Source: Felis catus | Lineage: Eukaryota | Direction of reading: 5' to 3' | NCBI RefSeq assembly: GCF_018350175.1 | Contig: NC_058383.1 | Span: forward strand, 9,612,001-9,676,000 | Length of the DNA stretch: 64,000 nucleotides | Shown: positions 1-11,089 of the stretch, piece after piece | How the letters are laid out: each line of letters opens with the position of its first letter | Numbering within the stretch: the first letter of the stretch is position 1 | Made by a program: the position numbers and the translations under genes | The notes under the pieces: generated by a model | Told to the model about the DNA's origin: nothing | Databases searched by the model: none | What the model saw: only the letters and a program-made list of their open reading frames with translations

Positions 1-1035
1 GCAGAACATGAGCATGTTTTCTTTTCTCTAGAGTCTAGAGTATGTACCTTGGAGTTGAACTATTGCACCATGCTGTAACCCCATGTTTGACTTTTTGAGG
101 AACTGCCAAACTTTTTCATAGTGGTTACACAATCTTACATTCCCAGGAACAAGGTACGAGAGTTTCCATTTCTTCCCCTGCCAATGCTTATTTTCTTTTT
201 TTTTTTCCCATAGCCATCGATGCAAAGTGGTATCTCGTTGTGGTTTTGATTTGTATGTCCCCAATGACTAATGATTTGAGTATCTCTTTGTGTGTTTATT
301 GGCCATGCGTATGTCTTCTTTGGAAAAATGTCTTGTCAGATTCTTCATTTATTAAAAAAAAATTTTTTTTGTCTTTATTATGGAGCTGTAAGAGCTTTCT
401 GAAGAATCTGTCTCGATACTGGAATTACCCAATGATTTCCAAATATTTGCCCCATTATGTGAGTTGACTTTTCATCTTTTAGATGGTATCCTTTGATTTG
501 CAAAGTTTTTTTTAATTTTTAAAAATTTTTTCTTTATTTTTGAGAAAGAGACAGAGTGCGAGTAGGAGAGGGGCAGAGAGAGAGGGAGACACAGAATCTG
601 AAACAGGCTCTAGGCCCTGAACTGTCAGCGCAGAACCCGACATGGGGCTCGAACTCACAAATCGCAAGATCATGACCTGAGCTGAAGTCGGACGCTCAAC
701 TGACTGAGCCATCCAAGCACCCCTGATTTGCAGTTTTTAATTTTAGTGAAGTCCAATGATTTTTTTTCTGTGCTTGCTTGTGCCCTTGGTGTTGCATCAA
801 AGAAACTATTGCTTAATTCAAATCACTGAAGATTTACATCTATGTTTCCTTCTAAGAATTCAATAGTTTTAACTCTTACATTTATGTTGAGTTAATTTTC
901 ATATATGGTGTGAGGTAGGGGGTCCAACTTCATTCTTTTGCATGTGGATATCCAGTTGTCCCAGCACCATTTGTTGAAAAGACTATCCTTTCCCATTGAA
1001 TGGCCTTGGTACCCCTGTCAAAAATCAATTGACTG
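1..1035 (-). mobile_element. Old L1 ORF2 3' fragment with a SINE inserted at about 505-724
   Basis: Typical antisense L1 motifs (GGTATCTCGTTGTGGTTTTGATTTG, CCAGCACCATTTGTTGAAAAGAC). Confidence 0.85.
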
Positions 1036-1594
1036 GAGGCACCTGAGTGACTCAGTGGGTTAAGTGACCAACTTCTGCTCAAGTCATGATCTCACGGCTC
1101 CTGGAAGTCATTTCTTGTCCAAGCTAGCAGCCCACTTCTTCCAGTTCTTTCTCACTGGGATGTGTCTTAGAGTGTCCCCTCACCCCCTTGGCTCATGTCC
1201 ATTGGCCCCCATCACACAGCTTTGGGTTTGGTGCGACATCATTCCCCTTGGGGTGGCTCACGCAGGAGAGGCAACCAGGACAGCCACCCTCACTGCCGTT
1301 CTGCAAGGGTGGGACCACTACTCCCTGCTCCCTGCCAGGCACGACTCCATTTTCCTCACCTGCTCCTCCCCTCCCAGGTGCCCACCCGGCCTCCAACCTC
1401 TTCCTCCCTCCTCTCCGGCGCCTGTTGCCTAGGTGCACGTGGGATGGGAGAGGCCCTCAGGGGGCATCTTGGCCCCATCTCTCAGGCTCGGCTATTCCTG
1501 GGTCATTGTCACAATTGTCACAATTGTCACAATTTTTTGTCACATGTGCACGCTATTTGTCCTGTTACCTACTTTATTTATTTATTTATTTCTC

Positions 1595-1633
<39 letters not shown>

Positions 1634-2630
1634 TATATCTTTTGCTTTGTATCACGTGGTAATGTGGCTGCCACACTTGGGGAAACACAGCTCTGACCAC
1701 ATGCCACCTCTCAGATGGAGAAGCCACAGGAGGTGAGGGAGGGGCAGGGTCTGAGCTGGAGCTCAGCTGGGGTCAGGACATTTCACAGGGCCCCTCTTCC
1801 TTCCCTTTCCTGTCCACCTCCTTTCCTCAAGTCTACTGGGTCTGTATATGCTGTCTTGCCCTCCTCTTTCCCTCCCCTCCCCCTTTCCCTCTTCCCTCCT
1901 TCCTTCCCCTTATCCCCCTTCCTCCCCCTTTCTATTTGTGTCCTCCCTTTCTATTGCAGAATAGAAGCTCCTTCTTTTGCTCTAACTTTAAATTTAACGA
2001 TCACTCTGTCTGTTGGACTCCACCCCTTCAAGCTGGAAGGGTGCACGTTCCCATTTTGGGAGCCGGGATAGGTGGCTCTGTGATGTTGTCTAGTTAGTTA
2101 CCCTTTGTAGATTTCCATTTTGCCCTTGTAAAATGGGGCTGGTGATCCCTGCCTTGCCTACTTCCCCAGTCAGAGCATCCAGATTTGGCATTTATTTTTT
2201 GAGGGCCTTGGAAAAGCCTCTGAAGGATGTTCCCAATCAGGGCGAAGCGCCCTACCCCAAACCCTCCCACCCAATGACCCTGCCATACGGACTCACTTGG
2301 GTTGCAACACACGGACAGCAAGGGCTTCCTGCCCTGTTCAGCCCTGTCCTCATTCTTCTCCTGCTTGCTGTTTCTGCCTGGTCTCTTCCTTCTCCAGCCC
2401 TCTCCCCCTTGGTCATAAAGTCCCCCCTACACTGTGGAGAAGCAAATATTATAATGCGTGTCATAAGATGGAATCAAAAGCCCCTGCATGTGTAAAAGGC
2501 ATCTCATTTAATGCTCCCCATACTCTGTCAGGTGAGGATTGTCACTGCTGGCTGGTGACGGGAAGTGTGAGGCTAGTGAGGAGCTGAGTGGGGCACTCAG
2601 CATTTTTCACTCCGTAAAGAAGGGCAGTGC

Positions 2631-3112
2631 GGGGCGCCTGGGTGGCTCCGTCGGTTAAGCGTCCGACTTCAGCTGAGGTCACGATCTCGCGGTCCGTGAG
2701 TTCAAGCCCCGCGTCGGGCTCTGGGCTGATGGCTTAGAGCCTGGAGCCTGCTTCCGATTCTGTGTCTCCCTCTCTCTCTGCCCCTCCCCCGTTCATGCTC
2801 TGTCTCTCTCTGTCTCAAAAATAAATAAACGTTAGGGGCGCCTGGGTGGCGCAGTCGGTTAAGCGACCGACTTCAGCCAGGTCACGATCTCGCGGTCCGT
2901 GAGTTCGAGCCCCACGTCGGGCTCTGGGCTGATGGCTCAGAGCTTGGAGCCTGTTTCCGATTCTGTGTCTCCCTCTCTCTCTGCCCCTCCCCCGTTCATG
3001 CTCTGTCTCTCTCTGTCCCAAAAATAAATAAACGTTGAAAAAAAAAATTAAAAAATAAATAAATAAATAAATAAATAAATAAACGTTAAAAAAATTAAAA
3101 AAAAAAAAAAAA
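2631..3112 (+). mobile_element. Two nested Can-SINEs (young copy at about 2836-3060 inserted in the A-tail of the first)
   Basis: GGGGCGCCTGGGTGGC tRNA-derived heads, (CT)n, A-tails; duplicated AAATAAATAAACGTTA. Confidence 0.95.
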
Positions 3113-4358
3113 GAAGGGCAGTGGCGAGATCAGGTGCTGCTGGTCTTGGTCCCGTCGGAGGACTTGCCTACTGACTTGTCCACGTGCATGGTGACCCCCG
3201 GTCATGCGGGGCAGAGACCACGTGGGAGTCCCTGGTTCAGTGGAGAGCGACTCAGAATTGGTCCATTGTATATTCATTCTGCAAACACTGGCCATGGGAT
3301 AGGTGATCTGCTTAGGAATTGGTGGGTATGGAAATTGGACATTGATCTTGGTGTTCATGGGCACATGGGAGACACAGACTCACAACTGGCCATCATCTGA
3401 GTGACCAGTGTGTGGCTGGGTGCCCTGGATGGCCAGAGAAAGCCGAATGTTTCCGTGAGAAGTGGAAAGGAAAGAATTGGGGAAGGGGGTTGGCCATGGA
3501 AACAGCAGTGACAAGAGTCTAAATATGGGGTCCCACCCTGGGGTCCTGGAATGGGGGGCAGACTGAAGCGAGTGCCACACTTCCCTCTGTCCAACAAGGT
3601 CACTTCCATCTCTAAGAACAGAACTGCTCATCATGATCTACAAAGCCCCCCACCCATGGTTACCATTTTCTTCCATTCTCCATACCTCAGCCCAGCTGTC
3701 AATTCCAAGTGCACCCCCCACTTTCCTTCCAGCAGAACTGGCCATGGCCAGTTCCTTCTATGTTCCCTACCCCTTGTCTCAGATTGGGGTCCTCATAACA
3801 GACCCTAAAAGGAGGATTCATGGGCAAGTAATTCATTAGGCAAGGCCTCTAGGGGAAACCAACTCTGACCACATCCCACTTCTGGAATGCAGGGGGAAGC
3901 AGATCCGGAAGGGAAGGGGGTCAGCAGAGCCCTACCCCACAGAGGGAAGCTGGCCTGACTCCGCCAGGACCTCAGGAAGTGGGGCAGGTCATGCCGCATC
4001 TGGAGTGTGTAACCCTCCAACAGATGTTGGTCAAGGTCTGCCCAGAGGATGTAAGTTTCTGGGTCCTACCCCCCTTCTTAGAGCCTGCCAGTGAGGTGGC
4101 TTTGGCAGCTTGGGCACTGGAAATGCAAGGCCACCCAAAGCCAGTGTGTGTGAACGAGGTAAAGGACTCCAAGGGCACGTGGACAATGAGAGTATCTGCT
4201 CTGCCCAGGCCTACTTGGTCAGCACCTGTAACTGCGTATTGCACACGCTTGCAAATGTCTCCCCACCGGACGCCTGGCACATAGCACATGCCGAATACAA
4301 GTGGGCAAACGAACGAATGAGTAAATGAGTGGGAGGAGATAGGATGGCTTTACCCATT

Positions 4359-4601
4359 TTCCACGGAAGAAACTAGGCTCAGAAAGGTGAGGGACTTCTC
4401 CAGGATCCCACAGGAATGAACAGCTAGCACCCCAACCTCATCAGCCTTCTAACTATGCCCCTAAAACTTCTGCACTCCACTTAGATTGGGTGATCCTCTC
4501 CTCCCCCAGCCCTTTCTTAGAATACGCCAAATAACGCCTGACTCAGCTACACAAGAACTTCCCCTTGGCAGGATTCGTGGGCCTTGAGGACTTTCAGGGA
4601 A
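4359..4601. promoter_or_regulatory. STAT-type sites in the CCL24 promoter: TTCCACGGAA (N4, 4359-4368), TTCTTAGAA (4514-4522), TTCAGGGAA (4593-4601)
   Basis: Exact TTC(N3/N4)GAA matches within 300 bp of the TATA box. CCL24 is known to be IL-4/IL-13 inducible; occupancy here is inferred. Confidence 0.55.
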
Positions 4602-4656
4602 GCCTGGAAGGGGTGAGGGGAGGCTCTATCAGTGGGTGTTTCCTCCCAGCTGCCCT

Positions 4657-4663
4657 TATAAAA
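4657..4663 (+). promoter_or_regulatory. CCL24 TATA box (TATAAAA)
   Basis: Consensus TATA about 90 nt upstream of the CCL24 ATG. Confidence 0.85.
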
Positions 4664-4750
4664 GGCAGAGGGAGGTCAAGGTGATCTGAAAGGAACGTGG
4701 CCCTCTCCTCCTGCACCCCAGCTTTAGGTCCTGAACTCCCTCTCCCACAC

Positions 4751-4823
4751 ATGGCAGGCCTTGCAACCATGGTGGCCAGCCTCCTGCTGCTGGCCCTGTG
4801 TGCCCACCGCATTGCCCCTGCAG
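4751..4823 (+). CDS. CCL24: CCL24 (eotaxin-2) coding exon 1, signal peptide MAGLATMVASLLLLALCAHRIAPA(G)
   Basis: ATG at 4751, about 90 nt after TATAAAA; hydrophobic leader resembling human CCL24 (MAGLMTIVTSLLFLGVCAHHIIPTG); donor CAG|GTAAGA; 73 nt, phase 1. Confidence 0.96.
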
Positions 4824-5023
4824 GTAAGAGCTCCAGCCTCAGCCCGGGGCTGTCAGGCAGGACAGTGCGGCTGGGACAGCACAGTGGAGGGTGGAGGACT
4901 GACTGGGCTGGGTCTGGAGCGGAATGTTGAGGAGCAGTGGCCCCAGAGCTGGGAGGTGTTGGGCTCGGGCTCGGCAGCCCAGAGTCTCAGGCAGCCCGGG
5001 CTCTTCTCTCTCCCGTCCTCTAG

Positions 5024-5141
5024 GCTCTGTGACCATCCCCTCTTCCTGCTGTATGTCCTTCATTTCCAAGAAAGTTCCAGAGAGCCGAGTGGTTAGCTAC
5101 CAGCTGTCCAGTGGGAGCCTCTGCCCCAAGGCAGGAGTGAT
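5024..5141 (+). CDS. CCL24: CCL24 coding exon 2: SVTIPSSCCMSFISKKVPESRVVSYQLSSGSLCPKAGV(I)
   Basis: Pyrimidine tract + TAG acceptor at 5021-5023; CC motif and third Cys; donor AT|GTAAGT; 118 nt, phase 1 to 2. Confidence 0.97.
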
Positions 5142-5585
5142 GTAAGTAACCTCCTCTCCCGGACCCCCGGCGCGAGAGGGGCAGGGGAGATGACCGTCCA
5201 TTCAGGGTCACTGGGGAGTAAAGTTGGGAGGGCCTGGCTCTCTGATCCTGGGGAAGCCACCTCACCTCCCTGAGCCTCAGCTTTCTCCCCCAAGAGATTA
5301 GGAAGAGGACTCTGAGACAACAATCATTTCTTGAGCACCAGATATATATAAATATATACATATACTAGGCACTATTTGGGGGCATATCCCATTACCTTAA
5401 CTAACCCTCTCGACCACTCTGTGAAGCAGATATAATTATTCCTGTTTTACAGAGAACAGCTGAGGCCCAGGAAGGTGACCTGCCCAAGGTCACTAGGACT
5501 CCAAATCACTTCCTAGCTACCCCCCACCCAAGGTAGCGAGTGTGAACTTACTGGAGGCATCTGCCTTTTTCCCCTGGAGGTTTTC

Positions 5586-5597
5586 TTCCTTTCTTTT

Positions 5598-5655
<58 letters not shown>

Positions 5656-5827
5656 TTTCAAGTTTATTTATTTACTTTGAGAGAGACAAAGAGAGAGTAC
5701 AAGTGGGGGAGGAGCAGAGAGACGGGGACAGAGGATCATCCCTCTGTGGGGCTCAAACTCACGAACCGAGAGATCATGACCTGAGCCGAAGTCGGATGCT
5801 CAACCGACTGAGCCACCCAGGCGCCAC
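5586..5827 (-). mobile_element. Can-SINE with (CTTT)n tail in CCL24 intron 2
   Basis: TSD CCCTGGAGGTTTTC on both sides. Confidence 0.9.
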
Positions 5828-6133
5828 TCCCTGGAGGTTTTCAGTGCATTTTTTCCTTTCCTCTCCTCCCTGCGGGTGGACATTGTGTCTCTCTCTTCAG
5901 ATCCAACATCAACTAAAGGCAGGGCTGGGCCTCCCCCCATCTGACAGGGAGCTTGAGAACAGGTGATGCAAAGAGATGCTGACACCCAGAGAGAAGACGC
6001 CATGTCAGGAACTGCTAGGGGGGCCCCGGGCGGCAGCTTGCCCTCTGTGGGCCTCCACACCCACGTCCTCATCAAGTCAAGAGGTCCAAGGTCATGGCCA
6101 GGTCTCAAGTGTGCCCTGTCACCCTTCCTGCAG

Positions 6134-6302
6134 CTTCACCACCCGGAAGGGCCAGAAGTTCTGTGGCGACCCTGAGCAGCACTGGGTCCAGACGTACGTG
6201 AAGAACCTGGACGCCAAGCGGAAGAAGGCGGCCACGGGGCTCAGGGCGACGCGTGTCAAAGCCCTCCCGCAGAGGTCCCCTGCCAGTAGCACTGCCATCT
6301 AA
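6134..6302 (+). CDS. CCL24: CCL24 coding exon 3: FTTRKGQKFCGDPEQHWVQTYVKNLDAKRKKAATGLRATRVKALPQRSPASSTAI*
   Basis: CAG acceptor at 6131-6133; FTT-K-G--FCGDP---WV motif with fourth Cys and the basic C-terminal extension typical of CCL24. Exons total 73+118+169=360 nt = 119 aa + stop. Confidence 0.97.
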
Positions 6303-6679
6303 CCACCGCCCGGCCCTCAGCTTGGGGCCTGTGCGCCAGTGATGAGAGGGGGAGAGCTCATGCACCCTGGGCCCCTTGCCTTCCCTGAGCTGGTGGAGAA
6401 GGTTCTGGAAGGAAGATGGTGGCAGCCGTCCGCCCTCCTCCGGAGCTTATGCTGGCCCTTCCCTGCCTTCCAGGTACCCAGAGCCCAGGTGCATCGGGCC
6501 CCACCTACAGACAGGCACTGCTTGTGTCTCAAAGCTTAGCCTAGAGCTGGCTTCTTGGGTCCTTGGGTCTTGCAGTGGGATCTGTCTGTCTGTCTGGGTA
6601 CGGGTGACCTGTCAACAGCTGTGGCTCTTCATCACTCTACAGAAGCCCTGAGCCTGCCCCACTTCCAGAATCCCGGGTG

Positions 6680-6685
6680 AATAAA
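6680..6685 (+). terminator. CCL24 polyadenylation signal AATAAA
   Basis: First canonical AATAAA after the stop codon, about 380 nt downstream. Confidence 0.75.
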
Positions 6686-9600
6686 AACCCAACAAAACCT
6701 AGGGCTCCTTTGCTGCGCGCATTGCCAGATCCCCGGCCTTCCTCGCACACAGCTCATGGGATGTAATTAATGACGTTTTCAGGGACTCTTTGGTTTTTGT
6801 GATGAAATGGACCTGGAGGGTGAGGATGAGGGGCCAGCCTGGGTTGTTAAATTCCTTTGGGAAGAAAGGGTTTGGGGGAGGCGTTCCGCTTTATGGAATG
6901 GCTTGCCCTGTGCTTCTCTGGGGACAAAGACCTGCTCTGCCTTTAAGGCCGGTTCTTTCTCTACATTTTTGGAAGGTGAGGATGGAGTCGGGGCTCTGGT
7001 AGGAGAAGGATTCCAGGGTGTCCCCCCCACCCATGTATGAGATATTGTGTGATTTGTATGTCAAAAGTGTAGACACAATTGCTCTTCTCAAATAACAATT
7101 CAAATAAAATGTGATTTCCCCTTCTCAGGTAATTGTGTCTTGCCTGCTCTCTTCCTGTGGGCACAGGGTTGGGGTCTGAACAATGGGAATGTGTGCCCCA
7201 GAGATGATCCGGAGTTGCCCATCGGAGGGGATAAAGACAGCCTGAGCCCCGGGCATCCCAGGAGTGGTCTTAGCCTGTTCCTGGGAGTCCTGTCACGAAC
7301 TTTGTAAAAACATTCACGCACAGCAGGATTCTATTAGATTTTTTAAAAATTTCAACAGAACACATCATTGCACAAGGAACTGTTGCAGGCATGACAAGGC
7401 TGTAAAATGACAAAGAGGGGCTCTGGCTTCAGAGAATTAGGGAGAAAAATAATACACACTCACACACACACACACTCACACTCACACACACTCACAAATC
7501 AAGAGCAGTGTGGGTTTAGTACCAATCCTACTTTGTAAGCTGCATGACCTTGAAACATGTCACGGTCTCTGTGCCTCAGTTTTCCTCCGCTGTAAAATGG
7601 GAATAATAAGCCCTTTTAAACCTTGGGTTTTTCCCAGAATCAGACCCTGAAACAAAGATCCAAGTGCAATGATTATGTATGGGAGGTACAGGGAGTAACC
7701 TCGAGAGAATGGGGAGGCAACACAAGACAACACAAGGCAAGGAAGGTGGCCAGGAACGGAGGGTCACCAGGCAGAGCTCAGTCAGAGCTGGGAAGGGGGT
7801 GAGACCCACCCGTCATCACAGCCCTGCTGCGTCAGTCATTGCCAGCTGTGCGCAGGGGTGCTCTTTCTGCAGGTGGGAGAAGAGCAACCTCCCTCGGTTG
7901 CAAACAAGCCTTCGGGCGTGGAGAGTCACAGAAGGTGTGAGAAGGCGGGAGGCATTCTGGGTGCAGCTGCTGTTGAGGTTCTTGCAACTCGACCACAAAG
8001 CAGAATAAAGAGTAACGCTAACAGTACAAACGAGGGACGTTATGGGTGTGCGTTGAGGGGATCCTGCAGACATCCTCAGCACGAGGTTGGCATCTGAATG
8101 TGACTGAGGTTTCCCTCGGCAAGAAGAGTGTTATTTCTGGGGATGGATGAAAGCTGGAGCATTCAGGGAAGGGAGACAGGAAGGCGAGGGACAGGGGCCA
8201 GGCCATAGACGACAACAGAAGTCTGACCCACGGGCTCTGCAGCAACTGGCCCGGAACCATCACAACTGGGTCAGAGACTGCCAGCTTCCTAGTCCCACCC
8301 CACCCCCCAGCCCTTTTCCAACTCAGGACCAGCCAGAGGGAGCCTGCTATATATTCCCAAGTCAATCACAGAAGCTGTTCGCTTCTCCAGGCCAACCACC
8401 TTCCACCGAAGCACCCCTGTGCCTCCCCGTTTGTCCACTCTGAGCCCCCCACCCCACCCCCCCACCGTTCCCTGGCCTGCCTTTGAGTCTCTGCAGACAC
8501 CGGTGAGAGCAGCTGACTCACTGTAGCAAGCTCTGAATGAATAACGTGTTTATCTTCATCTGGGTGGTCTTTGTTAATTTCCACAAGGTAGGCGTGTAGT
8601 CTGGCCTCACTTCCCACATCTATAAAATGGGCATAATAGAACTATCTATTTGATGAGTTGATGGTGAGGACTAAATAAGGCATTAATGCACAGGAAGCAC
8701 TTAGCTCAGTGCTTGGCACATAGTAGAGGCTCAATAAATGTTAGCTGAGGGCATGACCCAGCCCAGCTGGGAGGCGGAGAAGCTGAAGCTGGTCTTGCAG
8801 GGGCCAGGGCATCTGGCTGACGGTTTCTTTTCTTTAACTGAAACGTAAATGACATTCAATAATATACTGTTAGTTTCAGGTGTACATCAGAGTGATATGA
8901 TATGTTTCTACACTTCGATATGGTCCCCACAGTAAGTGTAGTTACTATCTGTCACCATACAAGGTATGACAGTATTGCTGACTGTAGGGGCGCCCAGGTG
9001 GCTCAGCGTTTAAGCACCCGACTTCGACTCCCGTCATGATCTCGTACTTCATGCGTTTGAGCCCTGCGTAGGGCTCTGCACTGACAGTGAGGAGCCTGGT
9101 TCAGATTCTCTGTTCCCCTCTGTCTCTGCCCCTCCCCCCCTCAAAATAAGTATTCAAAAAATGTATTATTGATTATATTCCCTGGGCTGTGTGTTACATC
9201 CTCAGGACTTATTTACTTTGTAACCGCAAGTTTGTACCTCTTAACCCCCTTCACCCCCGGCTGACGCTTCTGTGTCCATTCCGGCAGGCTCTGTGCCCCT
9301 GCTCCCTCCTGTCTCATTTCTCTGGTGGCCTTTAAATGTGTCTGGAGAAAGAAGGCACCGGTGGGGAGCATGGGAACTGTCCACCAGATGCCCTGCTCTG
9401 CCTTTGGCCTTGCTCTAGAATGTGAGCCATGGACCTGGATGGCCGCTCTGCGTACGGTGAGGTGACACCCTCCTATCCTACTTCTGAACAGGCCACCAGC
9501 ACAATGACACATGCACTGAGTCACCCACACTCTTTCTCAGGCTCCCTTGGGAAGGACATCTTCTGGAGATGGACGGCGTGCCAGGGGCTGGTCAGGGAGG

Positions 9601-9714
9601 GACTGGGTTCAGTTTGTGGCCATGTTAGGGCAAAGTTGACCTGTGTTTGGGAGAGCTCTCCACCTCCAGCAAAACCTGTCAGAGGACTCTTTAAAAGTGA
9701 ATTAAAAGTTCTCG

Positions 9715-10450
9715 GGGGCACCTGGGTGGCTTAGTCGGTTAAGTGTCCGACTTCAGCTCAGGTCACGGTCTCTTGGTTCACGGGTTCGAGCCCCGCATCG
9801 GGCTCTGTGCTGACAGCTCAGGGCCTGGAGCCTGCTTCCGATTCTATGTCTCCCTCTCTCTCTCTCTCTGCCCCTCCCCAGCTCGTGCTCTCTCTTTCTC
9901 TCAAAAATAAACATTTAAGGGGCGCCTGGGTGGCGCAGTCGGTTAAGCATCCGACTTCAGCCAGGTCACGATCTCACAGTCCGTGAGTTCGAGCCCCGCG
10001 TCGGGCTCTGGGCTGATGGCTCGGAGCCTGGAGCCTGTTTCCGATTCTGTGTCTCCCTCTCTCTCTGCCCCTCCCCCGTTCATGCTCTGTCTCTCCCTGT
10101 CCCAAAAATAAATAAACGTTGAAAAAAAAATTAAAAAAAAAATAAACATTTAAAAAAAATTTGTTTAAAAAGTGAATTAAAAGTTCTTTCATAAGCACGC
10201 AGCTGGTATGTCAAAAGGTATTATTGAAACCCAAGAGCGGAAGAGGAAGAGAGCACGTGAGGCCTTGAGGCCAAGTGAGAAAAAATGAAAGACACGGAAC
10301 AGCCGCTCACAATCCTGGCTGGGCTTCAGAATCATCTGTGAAGCTTTAAATACATATTCCTGGGCCCTACCCCCTATGTGGTGACTCAGACCCTGCCAGA
10401 ATGAGACCCAGAAATCTGCAACCTTTTTTCTTCAATGTTTATTTCTTTAT

Positions 10451-10485
<35 letters not shown>

Positions 10486-11075
10486 CCCAAGCAGGTCTCA
10501 TGCTGCCGGCCTAGAGCCCAACATGGGGCTCGATCCCAGAAACCATGAATTATGACCTGGGCTGAAATCAAGAGTCAGACGCTCAATTGACTGAGCCACC
10601 CAGGTGCTCCAAATCTGCAATCTTTTAAAAAGTTTCCCAGGGGCACCCGGGTGGCTCAGTCAGTTGGGCATCCGACTTCAGCTCAGGTCACGATCTCACG
10701 ATCCGTGAGTTCGAGCCCTGTGTTGGGTTCTGTGCTGACAGCTCAGAGCCTGGAGCCTGCTTCGGATTCTGTGTCTCCCTCTCTCTCTGCCCCTCTCCTG
10801 CTCATGCTCTGTCTCTGTCTCAAAGATAAATGTAAAAACATCAAAAAAACAAAATAAGAGGAGGGGTGCCTGGGTGGCTCAGTGGGTTAAGCAACTGACT
10901 TCAGCTCAGGTCATGATCTCACAGTTTGTGGATTCCAGCCCCACATCAGGCTCTGCGCTGACGGCTCGGAGCCTGGAGCCTGCTTCGGATTCTGTGTCTC
11001 CCTCTCTTTCTGCACTTCCCCTGCTCACACTCTGTCGCTCTCCCTCTCTCTCTCAAAAATAAACATTAAAAATAT
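9715..11075. mobile_element. Cluster of five Can-SINEs (about 9715+, 9919+ nested, 10425-, 10640+, 10863+)
   Basis: SINE heads, (CT)n and A-tails seen directly. Confidence 0.92.
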
Positions 11076-11089
11076 TTTTTTTCAGTTGC

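Noticed and set aside
1505..1544. ATTGTCACA x3 direct repeat
   Set aside because: A spacer-less micro-duplication consistent with slippage; not CRISPR-like, and no functional evidence.
2631..2720. tRNA-like A/B box sequences
   Set aside because: These are the tRNA-derived heads of Can-SINEs, not tRNA genes.
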